The notes under the pieces: model-generated | The model's database searches: none | The model's input: the letters and a program-made list of their open reading frames with translations, nothing else | What the model was told of the DNA's origin: nothing | Position numbers and translations under genes: made by a program | Source of the DNA: the human T2T-CHM13v2.0 reference genome, Homo sapiens | Length of the DNA stretch: 64,000 nucleotides | Direction: 5' to 3' (one strand) | Assembly (NCBI RefSeq): GCF_009914755.1 | Contig: NC_060940.1 | Part shown: piece after piece, positions 41,181 to 55,399 of the stretch | How positions within the stretch are numbered: the stretch's first letter is position 1 | How the letters are laid out: the number at the start of each line of letters is the position of its first letter

Positions 41181-42408
41181 GCCAGCCAAGTCGCAGTATT
41201 TTTGTTGGGCTCAGTCATTGGCGAGGGCCATGCTAGAGGGGCATGGCCTTGGCAGGAAAGCTGAGATGGATCCTGAGGACATTAGCAACTAACTGCACAC
41301 CTTTACTCTGAATGAAAATTTCTCCAAGGAAGATTGAGCAGCACGCTACCATGGCTGCCATTGTAAACTTTTCTCCCTTCGGCATCCACGGCACTTTTCG
41401 CTGTTTTCAAAGCTTACCCAGTTTCTCATATATGTGTATGTGTATATATTTCATGAAATAATTCTGTTTCATTGTAACTATTTCATATATATTTTTAAAT
41501 ATAGCCTAATTTATTTCAAAGACTGTTTTAAGCCTAGCATCTCTTTTTATAGCACTTCCGGTATTTTTCACTCTTTTGAAGATTTATTCATCATCTTTTC
41601 CATGAGTAATTATTGAAATAATATTTTCAAAAATTGTCCTTAGAATGTAAACTTTCTATGGCCATGCCTGCCTGAAAACATAAATGGCTGGGTATGGCAT
41701 TCTGGTTTCAAAACCATTTCAATTTTAATTGTTCTTTATAATCCTGCCAAACAAGTTTTTTCTTCTAAAATTAAACTCATTTAAAAGAATTTGAGATAAT
41801 AGTACATTAGCATGCAGAAGTGTGAGAAATAATTCAGAAAGCTCCTAAGTACATTTCACCAAGTTTCCCCCGATGGTAACATCTTGCAAAAACAAAGCAC
41901 AGTATCACAACCAGGAAATTAACATTGATTCATACATCCAAGAGAACACGTTCATCACAGAAAGGATCCCTTTTCTTGTCCTTTTATAGCCATACTTACC
42001 TCTCTCCCACACTTACTGTTGTTAAATTATGGCAATGACTAATCTGATCTCCATTTCTGTAATTACCCATTTCAACAATGTTTATAAATGGCATCACTCA
42101 ATATGTAGAAGTTTTGGAGTTGCTGTTTCACTCAGCGTAATTCTTTTGAGATTCATTCAAGTTGTTGGACTTACAAAATGTTTGCTCATATTTTAGTAGT
42201 ATTCTATGGGATGAAGTTACCATAGTTTGATTAATAATTTGCTCACATAAGGGCATTTATGTTGTTTCCAGTTTTTAGTTATTTCTGATAATGCTGCTAT
42301 TAATATTTGTTCATAGGTTTTTGTGTAAATATAAACTTTAATTTTTCTGGGATAAATAACTAAAACTGCACTTGCTGGTTTTGCATGATATTTGCATGTT
42401 TAGATATA

Positions 42409-43086
<678 letters not shown>

Positions 43087-44919
43087 TATAATAAACTGCC
43101 AAAATATTTTCCAGAGTAGCTGCAGATTCCTACCATCAATATATAAATGATCTATTTTCTAGAAAATGCTCACCTGCATTTGGTTTCATCATGATTTTTT
43201 AACCAATCTGCTAAGTGTGTACTGGTATCTCACTGTGCTTTTAATCTGCATTTCTCTGGTGGCTAATGATGTTGAACATCACTTCTGTGTGTGAGAAATG
43301 TTTGTTCACAAGATTTTCCCATTTTTTACTTGGATTGTGTGTGTGTGTGTGTTTTACTTTTGAGTTTTAAAAGTTATTTATATATATTTTAGAAGTAATC
43401 CTCTCCCGGGCATGTAGTTTGTAAATATCCTCTCCCAATCTGTAGCTTGTTTTCTCATCTTCTTAACAGAGTTTTTCATGAAGCACTTTTCTATGCTTAT
43501 TAATGTCCAGTTTATCATTTTTCTTTTTATGGATGGCATTTTTAATGCCAAGCCTAGGAACCTTTGCTCAGCCCTAGATCTTAAGAATTTTTCCCAATGT
43601 TTTTATTTTCTAATGGAATTATAATCTTGCCTGTAATTTTTCATTTTAGTCTATGATCCATTTTGAATTTATTTTAGTATAAGGTGTGAGGTAAGGTCAA
43701 AGTTCATTTTCTTGCCTCTGGATATACAATTGCATGTGGACCACTTTTTAAAAGGCTCTCCTTCCTCCGTTAAAATCTTTTGCACCTTACTCAAAATCAC
43801 TTGAGCATATTTGTGCAGATCCAACAACTTTTAAGGAAAAAATGGGTATCTACATTTCATATGATATTATAGAAAAAGAATGTGGGAGATGGTCCCTATG
43901 GCTAATCAGTACAATAACGCTTTCAAACCCAGCTTATCTAAGCCAAAGGGTTTTCATTTCTTACCATAAAAGGAGCTGTGTCTAAGGTGTCCTTCAAGCT
44001 CCCACTGTGATTTGCACACACTAGGTGCTCGAAAAAATTTTTAAAAGTGCCTCACTGTATGGCTGATTCAAAGACTAGTTAGAGTACATTGGATTCCTTA
44101 ATTGGTAAAAGTTCGAAGAGCAAACTTGACCCTTTTATCTTGGTTTATGCATTACAAATTTAAGTATCTGCAAACGGTATCTAGTTTCAAAATATTTTCT
44201 TCACCTCTCTTGAATGATTTCTCCTTGGGTGATGTGTTATGATGCAGCTATTTTTAAAAACCTCACAGTGCTTTTCCAACTTGAAGATAGGCTATTAAAA
44301 TAAAGATAAAGCCTGACATTCTGGAAAACAGGGATTGCTAAACCATTAATTTAATAAGTAAATTCTATTGTGTTGTGAGACTAAATTTGAATCGGATTTT
44401 TATTTGATTATCAATCCATGCAGGCCTCTATTGTCAGGTAAATATTGAGAAGGGAGAGATGTTCACTACCTATAAATTTCACCAAATGATTTGCCTCAGA
44501 ATTCCTGGAATGTTGTTAAAAATTAAGAATAAATGATTCTACTTAAGACTATTTAATCTAAATACGCTGGTGTCATACTCTGAAATCTTGATAAATATTC
44601 AATAAAAATTATGCAGCTAACTTTTTCATGACAACATTTGGGAAACATAATCCCATATGCATATTCCAGGAAATAATGTTCTGAGATCAAAGCATCTGGT
44701 TTATATAATATAAAGTTGCTAATATAAAGTTCTTAAATAACTTAAGATAAATATGAAAATGTTGTATAACATGTATCTAAGTTTTTTGTTGCTGTTGCAG
44801 TTGTTTTGGAATGAGGATGTCCAGTTTTTCTAGAACCATTTATTAAATGATGCTCATTTAGTGTTTAGGCCAATGCTGCAAATGCAAAAGAGCAAAGAAC
44901 ATGAACTTAACACTCACAT

Positions 44920-45620
44920 GAGATTTCTCAAAGAACTAAAATTATAACTACCATACCACCCAGCAATCCCTCATATTGAGTGTTTATCTGAAGGAAAATA
45001 AATCAGTATATCAAAGGGATACATGCACTCCCATGTTTATTACAACATTATTTACCATAGCAAAGATATGAAATCAACCTAAGTGTCCATCAATGGATAA
45101 ACACATAAAGAAATTGTGGTATACATACACGATGGAATACTCTTTGGTCATAAAAAGAATGAGATCATATCATTTGTGGCAACATTGACAGAACTTGAGG
45201 TCAGTGTGCTAAGTGAAATAAGCCAGGCACAGAAAGACAAATATTGTATGTTCTCACTCATATGTGGGAGCTAAGACAATTGAACTCATGGAGGTAGAGA
45301 ATAGAATGAGAGATACCAGAGGTTGGTAAGTGTGTGTGGGTGGAGATGGGAATGAAGAGAGGTTGATGAATGGGTACAAACATATAGTTAGATATAAGTT
45401 CTAATGTTCAATAGCAGAGTAGGTTGACTATAGTAAATAACGTATTATATATTTCAAAGTAGGTAGAAGAGAGGACTTGCAATGTCCCCAGCACATAGAA
45501 ATAATAAATACTCAAGGTGATGGATACCTCAAATACACTCATCACCACACATTCCTTACATGTAACAAAATATCACATGAACTCCATAAGTATTTATAAA
45601 TATTATATGATTTTTAAAAA
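44920..45620 (+). mobile_element. L1MA-type 3' end
   Basis: gatttctcaaagaactaaa, caacctaagtgtccatcaatgga, aaatactcaaggtgatggatacc. Confidence 0.9.
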
Positions 45621-47894
45621 GCTTACATAAATTATCATTTTCTCTGATAAACTGAGCCTATTTAACCAGACAGGTGCAGCAGAGATTTCCTGTTCTTCTT
45701 ATCCATCTTTGGTAAAATAGCGAAATTCTGTAATGCAAGTTACTGTTCAGTCAATAAACATATATATCAATATAGAGTAAGAAGATTCATACACACAAAT
45801 AACATTAACCTTCTTGTCTAATAAATTTGTTACCATAATGTTTATTTTTTCCAAAAACTAAGACTATGTGCTCATTAGAGATAATATAGAATATTGAGAA
45901 AACTGTCAGCAATCAAACAGATGGCCCTTAATTCCACCAAATAGAAGTTACCACTGCCTGAAACACACAGGCACACACACACACACTAAATAGAAAATAC
46001 GTTCAGTTTTATTAAGTTTAGGTTGTAACATATGTATGCATAATTTTATGTTATGTTTTTATATTTCTATTTTTACAGTATAACTCTATATTCTGAATTT
46101 AGATCCCAATATATTTATTTGTGTATTTGTGAGTGTGTGTATATACATACATATATATATGTAAATATATGGTAAATTTTATATTCTGAGTTTATTTTTT
46201 CATATACCATTAAGGTATTAATAGTTCTCTATTGGTTAACTTTTCTCAACATTTTCAATTACCTTCCACATATCCAAAATTTAGCATCTCAGTTGGAGAT
46301 TTAAACAACAGCTAACTCATTCACTGCAATGCATTGTTCCTGCACTATGTTAGTAGAAATTCTCTATTTTTTGTTGGTGGAGGATGGTTGTCATGAAGAT
46401 AAAGGCCTGCCTCACCTTCCAACACATTAAGGATGAGTGTATCCTTCTATCTTGTGGAACAAATGACACGTGATATTAGAATCTTTGGGAGTATCTTCAA
46501 CAGGATAAATATATATCCAGGGGTAAATTAATTCAATATTAAAGGTAATTTACATATAGTAAAAATAACTTTTGATAATCTATTATGTGCAAAGCCTCCA
46601 AGGATAAGAAGTCTTCTTAGAACTTAAGGATATTACAGATTAGCTACTCAGTGAAGACACTTACAGATGGAGGGAGAAAAGTGAAAGCATGGTGCTTATC
46701 TTGTGTGATTATGTAGGAAGTGTAAATACAATCCAGATTTAAATTAATGAGTGTAAATGTGGTTATAGTCGACACCCAATTAAAAAGAGGTAGCTAACAT
46801 TTAGTCAACATGTTTATCTTCTCTAAGCTAGATAGTATAAGAAAATAACATGTAATGGAGTGGCTATCCTCAGTCGAGGATATCAAAAGAGATTTCTATG
46901 AACTGTACTAATCAAGCTTTAAAAGGTATATTGGATTCAGTGTTCATAAAATACTAAAGTGGGCATTTCCAAGCAAGTGAATGGTATGAGCAAGAGCCCA
47001 TCAGTGACAATAAACAATTTGAGAGGCCAGGGAACATAAGTAGACAGAGATAGAAATTTGTTTTGTTTTGTTTGTTTTGCTTTTTCATAATTTCTAACAG
47101 CTCATTGCCCATCTGAGAAGCAAGCTTATTAGGGCATTCCATTTGAAAAGTAGTGTGCTATCCAAGATGCTTAAACTGGTGTAGTCTTTCAGCTTGTCCT
47201 CATGTTCTTGAACTTCCACACCTTTCTTAGCCCACCTCAGAGTCAAGTCTGCTAATAATCAAGAGAAATATGCATGAAATTAATAGATGGACAGATGAGA
47301 GACATACTAAGTATTTTATAAAATTGTAAAAGTTCAGAGGTAAAATACATCCTTTAGATTTTAAGCCGTCATCTTTCTGAGCCTCAAAGTTCTTTCATGT
47401 ATAAGTTTCAGGTGAAAGGGAAAGTAAAAGTGAATTCTCATCCGAAACACAGGAGATCCAGGATTTCTTACTGTCCCATCCCACACAACAAGCTTTGAGA
47501 CAACTATTTTTTAACTAAATCTAATTAAATTTATAAATTATTTCTTAATTTTGTTGTTTCATACTACTTTTTGAAGTGAGCTTATACTTTGGTGATTAAT
47601 TTTGGGAAAAATTGGATGACGATTATCTCAGGTTGACTCAGTTCCCACCACTCCAAATTGATCTCTTATTTCTATAAGACAGAATAGTTCTTCTCAGATC
47701 AAAACACTGCAGTAGCAAAGAAAAATAATTAAAAATACTTACATCTCATCAGTTTTCTATAATATATATATATTTTAAATGACACAGTAAATAAGTATTC
47801 TAAATTTTTCAAGCTCAGATTTTTTACTTTTCTTTAATCCTAAATTCTAATCTATCAGTAAACCTTGATTTTATGAGGTTTTGTTGCTGTTATG

Positions 47895-48062
47895 TTTGTT
47901 TTGTTTTGTTTTTTAAAAGAGATGGGGTCTTGCTCTCTTGCTCAGGCTGGAATGCAGTGGCATAATCACAGCTCACTGCAGCTCCTACTTCTGGACTGAA
48001 GGGATCCTCTGGCCTCAGCTTCCCAAGTCGCTGGGATTAGGGCAGGAACCACTGCATCTGAC
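47895..48062 (-). mobile_element. Old Alu monomer (FRAM/AluJ-like)
   Basis: caggctggaatgcagtggcataatcacagctcactgcagc. Confidence 0.85.
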
Positions 48063-48173
48063 TTTTTTTGTTGTTGTTAAACTGCTACGTAGATGCTATT
48101 GCCATTTACTGAAATGTAGATTACCAGAGAAGAATCTGGTTTGTAGAGTAAATCATTATCTCAGCAAAGAAAC

Positions 48174-48543
48174 TGATATGATTTGGTTGTGTCCCCATCC
48201 AAATCTCATTTTGCATTGTAGCTCCCATAATTCTCACATGCTGTGGGAGGGACCTGGTGGGAGATAATTGAATCATGGGGACGGTTTCCCCCATACCGTT
48301 CTCATGATAGTTAATGCATCTCACAAGATCCGATGGTTTTATAAGGGCTTTCCCCTTTCACTTGGCTTTCATTTGCTTTTGCCTGCCACCACATAAGACA
48401 TATCTTTGCTCCTCCTTTGCTTTCCACCATGATTGTGAGGCATCGCCAGCCATGTGGAACTGAGTCCATTAAACCTATTTTTCTTTATAAATTACCCAGT
48501 CTCAGGTATGTCTTTATTAGCAGTGTGAGAACAGACTAATACA
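48174..48543 (+). mobile_element. THE1B/C solo LTR
   Basis: tgatatgatttggttgtgtcccc...acagactaataca. Confidence 0.93.
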
Positions 48544-48669
48544 GAACATGTTCAAATAGGTTTCTACTTCTATTTTCTTATTAATTTCCTCTTCATGACT
48601 ATCAATGATTTGTTTTCTAAAAACTCATGGTACTTAACCAAATTACTGTTTTTTAATAGCCTGTAATAA

Positions 48670-48673
<4 letters not shown>

Positions 48674-48700
<27 letters not shown>

Positions 48701-48729
48701 ACACACAGACACATACACACACACACACA
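48674..48729. repeat. (CA)n microsatellite, interrupted
   Basis: Seen directly. Confidence 0.95.
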
Positions 48730-48740
48730 TTTAAAGTGCC

Positions 48741-48968
48741 TGGCAACATGGCAGTGCCTGGCAACATGGCAAAACCCTGTCTCCAAAAAGAATACAAAAA
48801 ATAGCTGAGTGTAGTGATACATACCTGTAGTCCCAGTTAATAGGGAGCCTGAAGTCAGAGGATTGCTTGAGCCTGGGAGGTGGACTTTGCAATAAGCCGA
48901 GATTGTGCCCCTGCACTCCAGTCTGGGTGACAGAGGAGAACTATCTAAAAAATTAATCAATCAATCAA
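48741..48968 (+). mobile_element. 5'-truncated AluJ
   Basis: Starts at ggcaacatggc; (ATCA)n tail; TSD taaagtgcct. Confidence 0.85.
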
Positions 48969-49377
48969 TAAAGTGCCTACAATGTATCAGACACTGCCGG
49001 ACTACCAACTTTGGGGAATAAAATAAAATTAATTATAGGAAAAATTTGTGAATTAAAAAACGATGATATTAAGGAAAAGGCCAACAAATGTAGAAAAAAT
49101 TAAAAGACCCAAAGAGAACAGGATTGGTTGGATGCATGAAATCTTCAAAGAACAGATCATTTTTATCTGAAACAAACTACTCCAAAACATAAATCTAGTT
49201 GGGTGAAACTTGCATTTTTTCCAATGTGGTAGCATCAGCGTAATACTGAAACCAACCAAAGCCAGCATATGCACACATACTCTTCCACTCATTTTGTATA
49301 TGCATCTCTATATATACACTACTATTGCCAATGTGACATAATTTCCTAATATCGGAACTAGGTGAAAATGAATGTTC

Positions 49378-50718
49378 TTTAAGTCTCCGACCCATTTTTA
49401 CTTAATTTATGTATATTGGTGTATTTTGTGAGATATGTACCAAATATTGTGCATATGAATATGCAATTGTTCTTGAACTATTTGTTGAAAATGTCATCCT
49501 TTCTCTACTGATTTGCCTTTGCACCTTTATCAGAATCGATTGGCAATATATGTGTGGATTTATGTTTGGAATTTTTATTCTATTCCATTGACAAATTTGT
49601 CTATCTTTGTATCTTTTTTTTAATTCCAGAAGAAAACATGAAAGCAAATTTGTGACACTGAATTAGAAAAGGAAAAAAAAAAGAGAGATAAATTCGAGTA
49701 TGTCAAAATTTGTAACTTCTGCTCTTCAAAAATATTAATAAAATGAAAAAACAAGCAAGAGAGGGGTAGAAAGCATTTACAATGCACTTACATCTGATAA
49801 ATGAATTATATCTGGAATATATAAAGAACTCTCAAAACTCAGTAATGGAAAACATGATCAAATCAATAAGAGTGTACAAAATATTTGAACAGACGCTTAA
49901 CCAGTGAGATTACATAGATTGTTAATCAGCCCATACAAAGATGCTCAGCACTATTAGTCTTTGTGGAAATGCAACTTAAAACAATAACAAAATTTCTATT
50001 AGTATGACTGAAGTTAAAAAGATTGACCATTCCAAGCACTAGCGGGATATGTAAGCACTGGAACTCTCACGCTGCTGTAGAAAGGAAAAATGGCACAAGC
50101 ACTTTGGAAAAGAGTTTGGGAGTTTTGTAAAAAGTTAAAAATAAACCTATCCTATAATCCAGCTATTTAACTTCTAGGTAATTACCCAAGAAAAATAAAG
50201 CATATGTTCACACAAAAGCTTATACATGAATGCTCATAAATACTTTATTTGTAATAACTAGAAACTTGAGCTGATCAATATGTTTATCAGCAGAATGAAT
50301 AAACAAATTGTGACACATCTACGCAATAGAATATTACATAACAAAGAAAAAGAAGGTACTCTTGATACACACAACACAAACATTTATCTATAATTATGCT
50401 AAGTTAGAGAAGCAGTTTAAAAATAGTACTACACACTAGCTGATTCTTTCCATAGAAACCTTTAGTAAACAAAAAAACAAAACAATCTAATCTATATTGA
50501 CAGAGTGCAGATCAGTGGTGCCTGGTGGTATGGCCAAGAGAATCTGGAGGGAGGCGATACCAAGGGGCACAAGGACATCTTTGGGGATGATGGACATGCT
50601 AATTATCACCATTATACTGATGGTTTCATGGCTGTGTGCCTTTGTCAAAATTTATCATTGCTACACTGAATGTACCATTTAGTGTATGTTGATTATACTT
50701 CAAAAAGCAATTTTTAAA
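49378..50718 (+). mobile_element. L1M(C/E)-type fragment with 5' inversion
   Basis: Minus piece 49378-49615 encodes ORF2-like DRQICQWNRIKIPNINPHIY; plus piece from ~49624 (ccagaagaaaacatg) runs to the 3'UTR. Confidence 0.82.
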
Positions 50719-50984
50719 CAGTCTTTAGAGCAGAATGTTTTAAATCTAATTCAGTGGCCATACATTTTGAGTTGTTACATGTTGGACCACTGGATGGTTT
50801 GGGAGGGGTTTAAGTGTTTGACTCTGAAGCTGTTATCTAGTTCTCTTGGACTTTGCCTAATCAACTTTCCTCAGTTCTTCAGGTCCCAAATCCCATTTCC
50901 TGCCTTCCTAAAGCTCCCTCTGCCTTTTTTACACACAAAGATTTCTCCTAGCTAATACTGTGCCACTTACGTAGTGTGAAATCA

Positions 50985-51100
50985 GATTGTGACAGTTGTG
51001 ATTTGTGAGGGCAGGGCTAGCTCTGTCTTCACCATTGGATTCCCATTTCCTTGTGAAATGCTTTAAATAAATTAAGTGGTTAATAAACATTGCCTACTCA
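50985..51100 (+). mobile_element. L2 3' end
   Basis: gattgtga...tgagggcaggg...tgtcttcaccattg...aataaacatt. Confidence 0.6.
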
Positions 51101-51369
51101 AGTTAATTATATTATGGTGTATATGTACATATACACACATTCTTACACACACTCTCTCTCTGTCTCACACACTCAGACATACATGCATGTGGTGCTTATA
51201 ATCTAGTTTCATATGTCTTTTATAATCTTCCATTGATTCTATTTCCCTATCAACAACTGCAGACAGTGTATATTTAAAATATCCAAATAACTTTGAAATT
51301 AACAAAGAGAATCATGTATTTCAATGGCATAATTTTAGCAACACTATTTTATGTTCAAATAAACCATTT

Positions 51370-51545
51370 TCCCATCTAGTGGCTGTCCGGTCATAGGCAA
51401 ATTTATGAACCCCTCTTAACTTTAGTCTCTCTGCATCTAAAATTAATATATTAATGTCTACCTTATGAGATGTGTTAAGGTCCCAGTGATCCTATATGTG
51501 AAAAGCTTATCTAAGTATTTAACACATGATAAGTCCGCATTATAT
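51370..51545 (+). mobile_element. MIR
   Basis: ctagtggctgt...ggcaaattt...ctaccttatgagatgtg. Confidence 0.55.
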
Positions 51546-51799
51546 GGAGGTCATAAAATAATACTTACATCTGAAGAAGATTTCAACCTCTCCCAGACAC
51601 CCCTTTCTAAGCTAATTTCACTGTTCCTGCATTAGAACCTTCCTCTGTGTCTATGCAGCTCCCTGGAGTGAATGATTCCCTATATTTGTACAGTAAATAC
51701 TCCCTTTGATCTCTGATTAATGAGCCTGAATCAACTCTCTTCTTTAAAATGAGTCTCTTTCTGTAGCTTCCTCTTAAATAATGAGATAAGAGAATGAAT

Positions 51800-52025
51800 A
51801 TATAGTGAGCATCTATCAGGTTACAAACATTTAATATCTCTTATAATACTAATCTTCAAAATAAGTTTCAAATACGCATTATCTCTGTTTATAAGTAAAG
51901 ATCTCGAGACTCAGCAAGGTTAAGAAATTCATCAAAGCCCACACAATGCGTAAATGATGAAGGTGGATGTCGAATTGAATTGTCTGACTCTGAAATTCAT
52001 GTTTCTTTCTACTACATAATGCTAC
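51800..52025 (-). mobile_element. MIR
   Basis: gagactcagcaaggttaagaaatt...gtctgactctgaa. Confidence 0.6.
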
Positions 52026-52454
52026 TTTTCTCAGTCATCCTATGAAACTTACTTCTAGGAAAATCACCTTTAGCAAAATCAACCCCTGCTTTTATTCAGA
52101 GCAGTCTCCTGTGAGTTATTGTTTAATAGAGAAAGCTCATGCTGCTGCCACTTTGCCTGAATCAAGTTTGTTGGAGCCCTTAAGCTGAAGCTAGGTGGAT
52201 GCCCGGTCACTTTGTATTATTAGAGGGTCAGGAGCACTTAGACAGGAAATAAACATAGGCGATGAGTAGAATTTACCCTTAAATATTTCTAAGTACATAT
52301 CTTTATGAGAGAAAAATACCTTGAATCCATGAAGGTGGCTCAGCCAGCCTTCACGGTAGATGCCTGCATTTCATAATTTCATAGCTTCTTTTTCTACTTA
52401 AAAAAATATATTTGACAGAATACTCCCAAAATTTGTTTTTTTATCAAAAGTTGT

Positions 52455-52617
52455 GGACAGTCACAGTGGCTCATGCCTGTAATCCAGTACTTTGAGAGGC
52501 TGAGATGGGAGGATAGCTTCAGCCCAGGAGATCAAGGGTGCAGTGAGCTATGATTATACCACTGCACTCCAACCTGGGCAACAGAACAAGATATTGTCTC
52601 AAAAACACAAAACAAAG
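52455..52617 (+). mobile_element. Alu monomer (FRAM/FAM-like)
   Basis: Single arm ending gtctcaaaaac. Confidence 0.85.
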
Positions 52618-52715
52618 ACATAGAGAAAAATAAGCAATATATTTAAAATGGTTGAGAGCAGGGCAGTTGTCACCTTAGCAGAATTTACAGAAAACCTGGA
52701 TTGTTTTTAAGAACT

Positions 52716-52955
52716 AATAATAGTAGAGATAATATATATTTATATATTTTTAATATATATCACAAATAATGACAATAATATATGTTTATAACATATAATA
52801 TAACATATGCTATATTTGTATATTATAATACAACATATATGTAATCTTTATGTTATAAATTAGCACTATATGTTATATAGTATATTTTATTTATAACATA
52901 TAACATATATTTACTTATAAATAATGATGACAATAATAATATAAATAATATATTG
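52716..52955. repeat. AT-rich low-complexity tract
   Basis: Recurrent aacatataa / tgacaataata motifs. Confidence 0.8.
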
Positions 52956-53793
52956 CTAATCACAAGGGGAAAACAGAAATAAAAACCTTCACAAATTTCC
53001 AGTGACACTATGAGAGAAATACTCAAAATATGTACACCTCACATATTAACATGGTATAGTGAAGATTAGCAAATTAAAGATTATCTTTATGACAGTTGTG
53101 ATCACGTTAGTCACAATTTTAAATTGTGCAGGCCCAGGTCAAGGAAAGATACAAACGTTAATAACAAATATACACATTTTATTTGATCAAGGCAGGGGTT
53201 ATATTCAAAAGAGAAAGCAATCAATATAATGTGCACACTGGCCACTCAGAAATTCTGCTGGTCATAAACGTCAGGATGTTGGTTGACTATCACAGGAATT
53301 TTCATATATGAATGTGGACATTTAATAAGCATTTAAAACACCTGCTATATATCAGACTATACTATAATTTGGAGGAATACAGTAATGCATAAGACATTGT
53401 TTTTAAAATTCAAGTGGTTAAAGTCTAGGGGAGAAGTTGTGAAGTATAATACTTGGGGCCTAAGTGCTACATTTAAGTTAGGCCTTGAAAAATCAAGAAA
53501 ATCTTTATAGGGAAAATGACAAGTAAGTTGACTTTTAAAAGATCAATAGCTTACAAGCAGGGCACGATGGAGGTAGTACAGTCCTCTAGTAAAGGATTAT
53601 AGTGCCAATACCACCCCAATGAGTGAGCTCAGTTGTCACTGTATGATCCTGGACTGAAGTTTGCTGTTGCTATTGGAGCCCCAGGATTTAACTCTGAATA
53701 TTTCTTCAGTTGAGTCCTAACTTGACAGAGCCTTCACTTTTCTGACTTTTTAGAGACAGAGGAGGCAGGGTACCATAGACCTAAAACATAGGG

Positions 53794-53941
53794 TAGCAGT
53801 TATTAGACTTCAAGAACTCCAGGCTCCACCTTCAGAGATTCTGATAATTTGTGCCTGGAGTGTGGTGCATGGCTTGTTTCTAACAAGCCCATAAAGTCAT
53901 AAGGATGTACTTTATCAAGAGACCACATTTCGGAAAACTCT
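53794..53941. mobile_element. MER5A-like hAT relic
   Basis: ccaggctccaccttcagagattctgat...tttctaacaagc...gaccacatttcggaaaactctg. Confidence 0.7.
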
Positions 53942-55399
53942 GTAGTAAATACCACAGGGTAAGAGCTAATAAATGATTCTGAGGAATTTTTAAAGCACAA
54001 CCCACACACTTCATCTCCAGCCAGCTGCGCTAATGAAATAAGAACACAGCATTTCAACTATAGTTATTTCTATACCACTCACCCTGAGTGTTTAGAAAGC
54101 TGATTTTTATTTTTACTTTTTTTACTATATGTCTATGTTCCTTGGGACACAGTCCCAAGGGCTTTCTCCACAGCCCTTAAGGTATTAATGCATCATCATA
54201 TCAATCAATGTTTAATGAAGGAAAGTTATGTTTTACATCTGGCCTGATGATTCATCAAAAGAAACTAAGGCAGTGGGCAAAGCTGGTAACCTGAACTAAT
54301 CAGCATGGATTGCAGGGGTTTGCTCTCACCCATTGGCTGTTTTATAGGTCAGTTAAGTGTGCTTAGCTAATGTACTGAGACTTAAAAGCAAGCCCAAGAA
54401 TAGGGTGGGTACAGCTAAGGAGACAGAGCATTAAGGGAACTCTAAGCATTTGCCAGGTTTGTCAGGAGCAAAGTTTGCAGATCATCAGGCAATACCTACA
54501 ATTATGGGAATGAAAAAGCCACTTCTAAGGGTAGAACAGTACCAGGTTTATAGTGGGCAAATCCTTGGGAGGGAAGATAGTCTCCAAAAAGAAACAGTAA
54601 ACAAACAAAGCCTGTTGCTGGAAGATAAAAGAAGTTGTCTTTATGCAATTAAAAAGGATCTTTCTTCAGAGCCCAGGTGTTGGCTTGGCATTCAAAGAGA
54701 ACCGTAGAATATGGTAAGGTACAGCTATAAAGGTAGAAATCTGGAATGATAGACTCTGTGGCTATACTGTGTTTCCCGGTTAGAGGTGGCCAAAAGCTGC
54801 ACCAAAAGCTGAAATAGGATTGAGAGCAGGCCAGATGGAAGATGAGGTCATTAAAAATCCACTCTATGATTCTTCCCACCATCCTCTTTCCTCGCTGGGT
54901 GAAGTAACCTGCATACTGTAAAATCCTTCCTTTTTTTTAACTTAGTATTTTCTAGTAAGGACATATTTTCTTAATCTAAAGTATTCCCTGCCACTTCCAC
55001 CATGGTGAGATTAGATAAAAAAAGGAAGAAGATTCATAGCATGGGCTTTAGCTAAAGAAAAAAATCTTGTTTAAATTTGATGGATAAGAAGCCTCTCTGG
55101 CTCCCACTGAATTCTTCAAATTCACTATATATTTTGCAGGGTAGGATCTATTTCTCTCAGTATTATCCTCTTTAGCAATTTTTTTTCACACAAAAGTTAT
55201 CATCAGGAAGAATTGTAATCTAGCTGATTAAAGATATTCTTTTTTAAAATCTTAAAGTTAATCAGAAAGTGGATTTCCATACTGGAAAATGTACGGATAT
55301 GTATGGATATGGAAATGTATGGATACGGTTGGCTGTGTCAGATTTAGGGACATGACAATGGGGTCAGGATAGAATTAGGGAGGAACCATGGATAGGTTT

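Noticed and set aside
40641-41292. 122-182-aa F/L/S- or K/E/R-rich ORFs
   Set aside because: Translations of the GA microsatellite, which lacks stop codons.
44780-44920. Third 5'-inverted L1
   Set aside because: The short minus-strand L1-like piece is separated from the L1MA by unrelated sequence and there is no convincing TSD.
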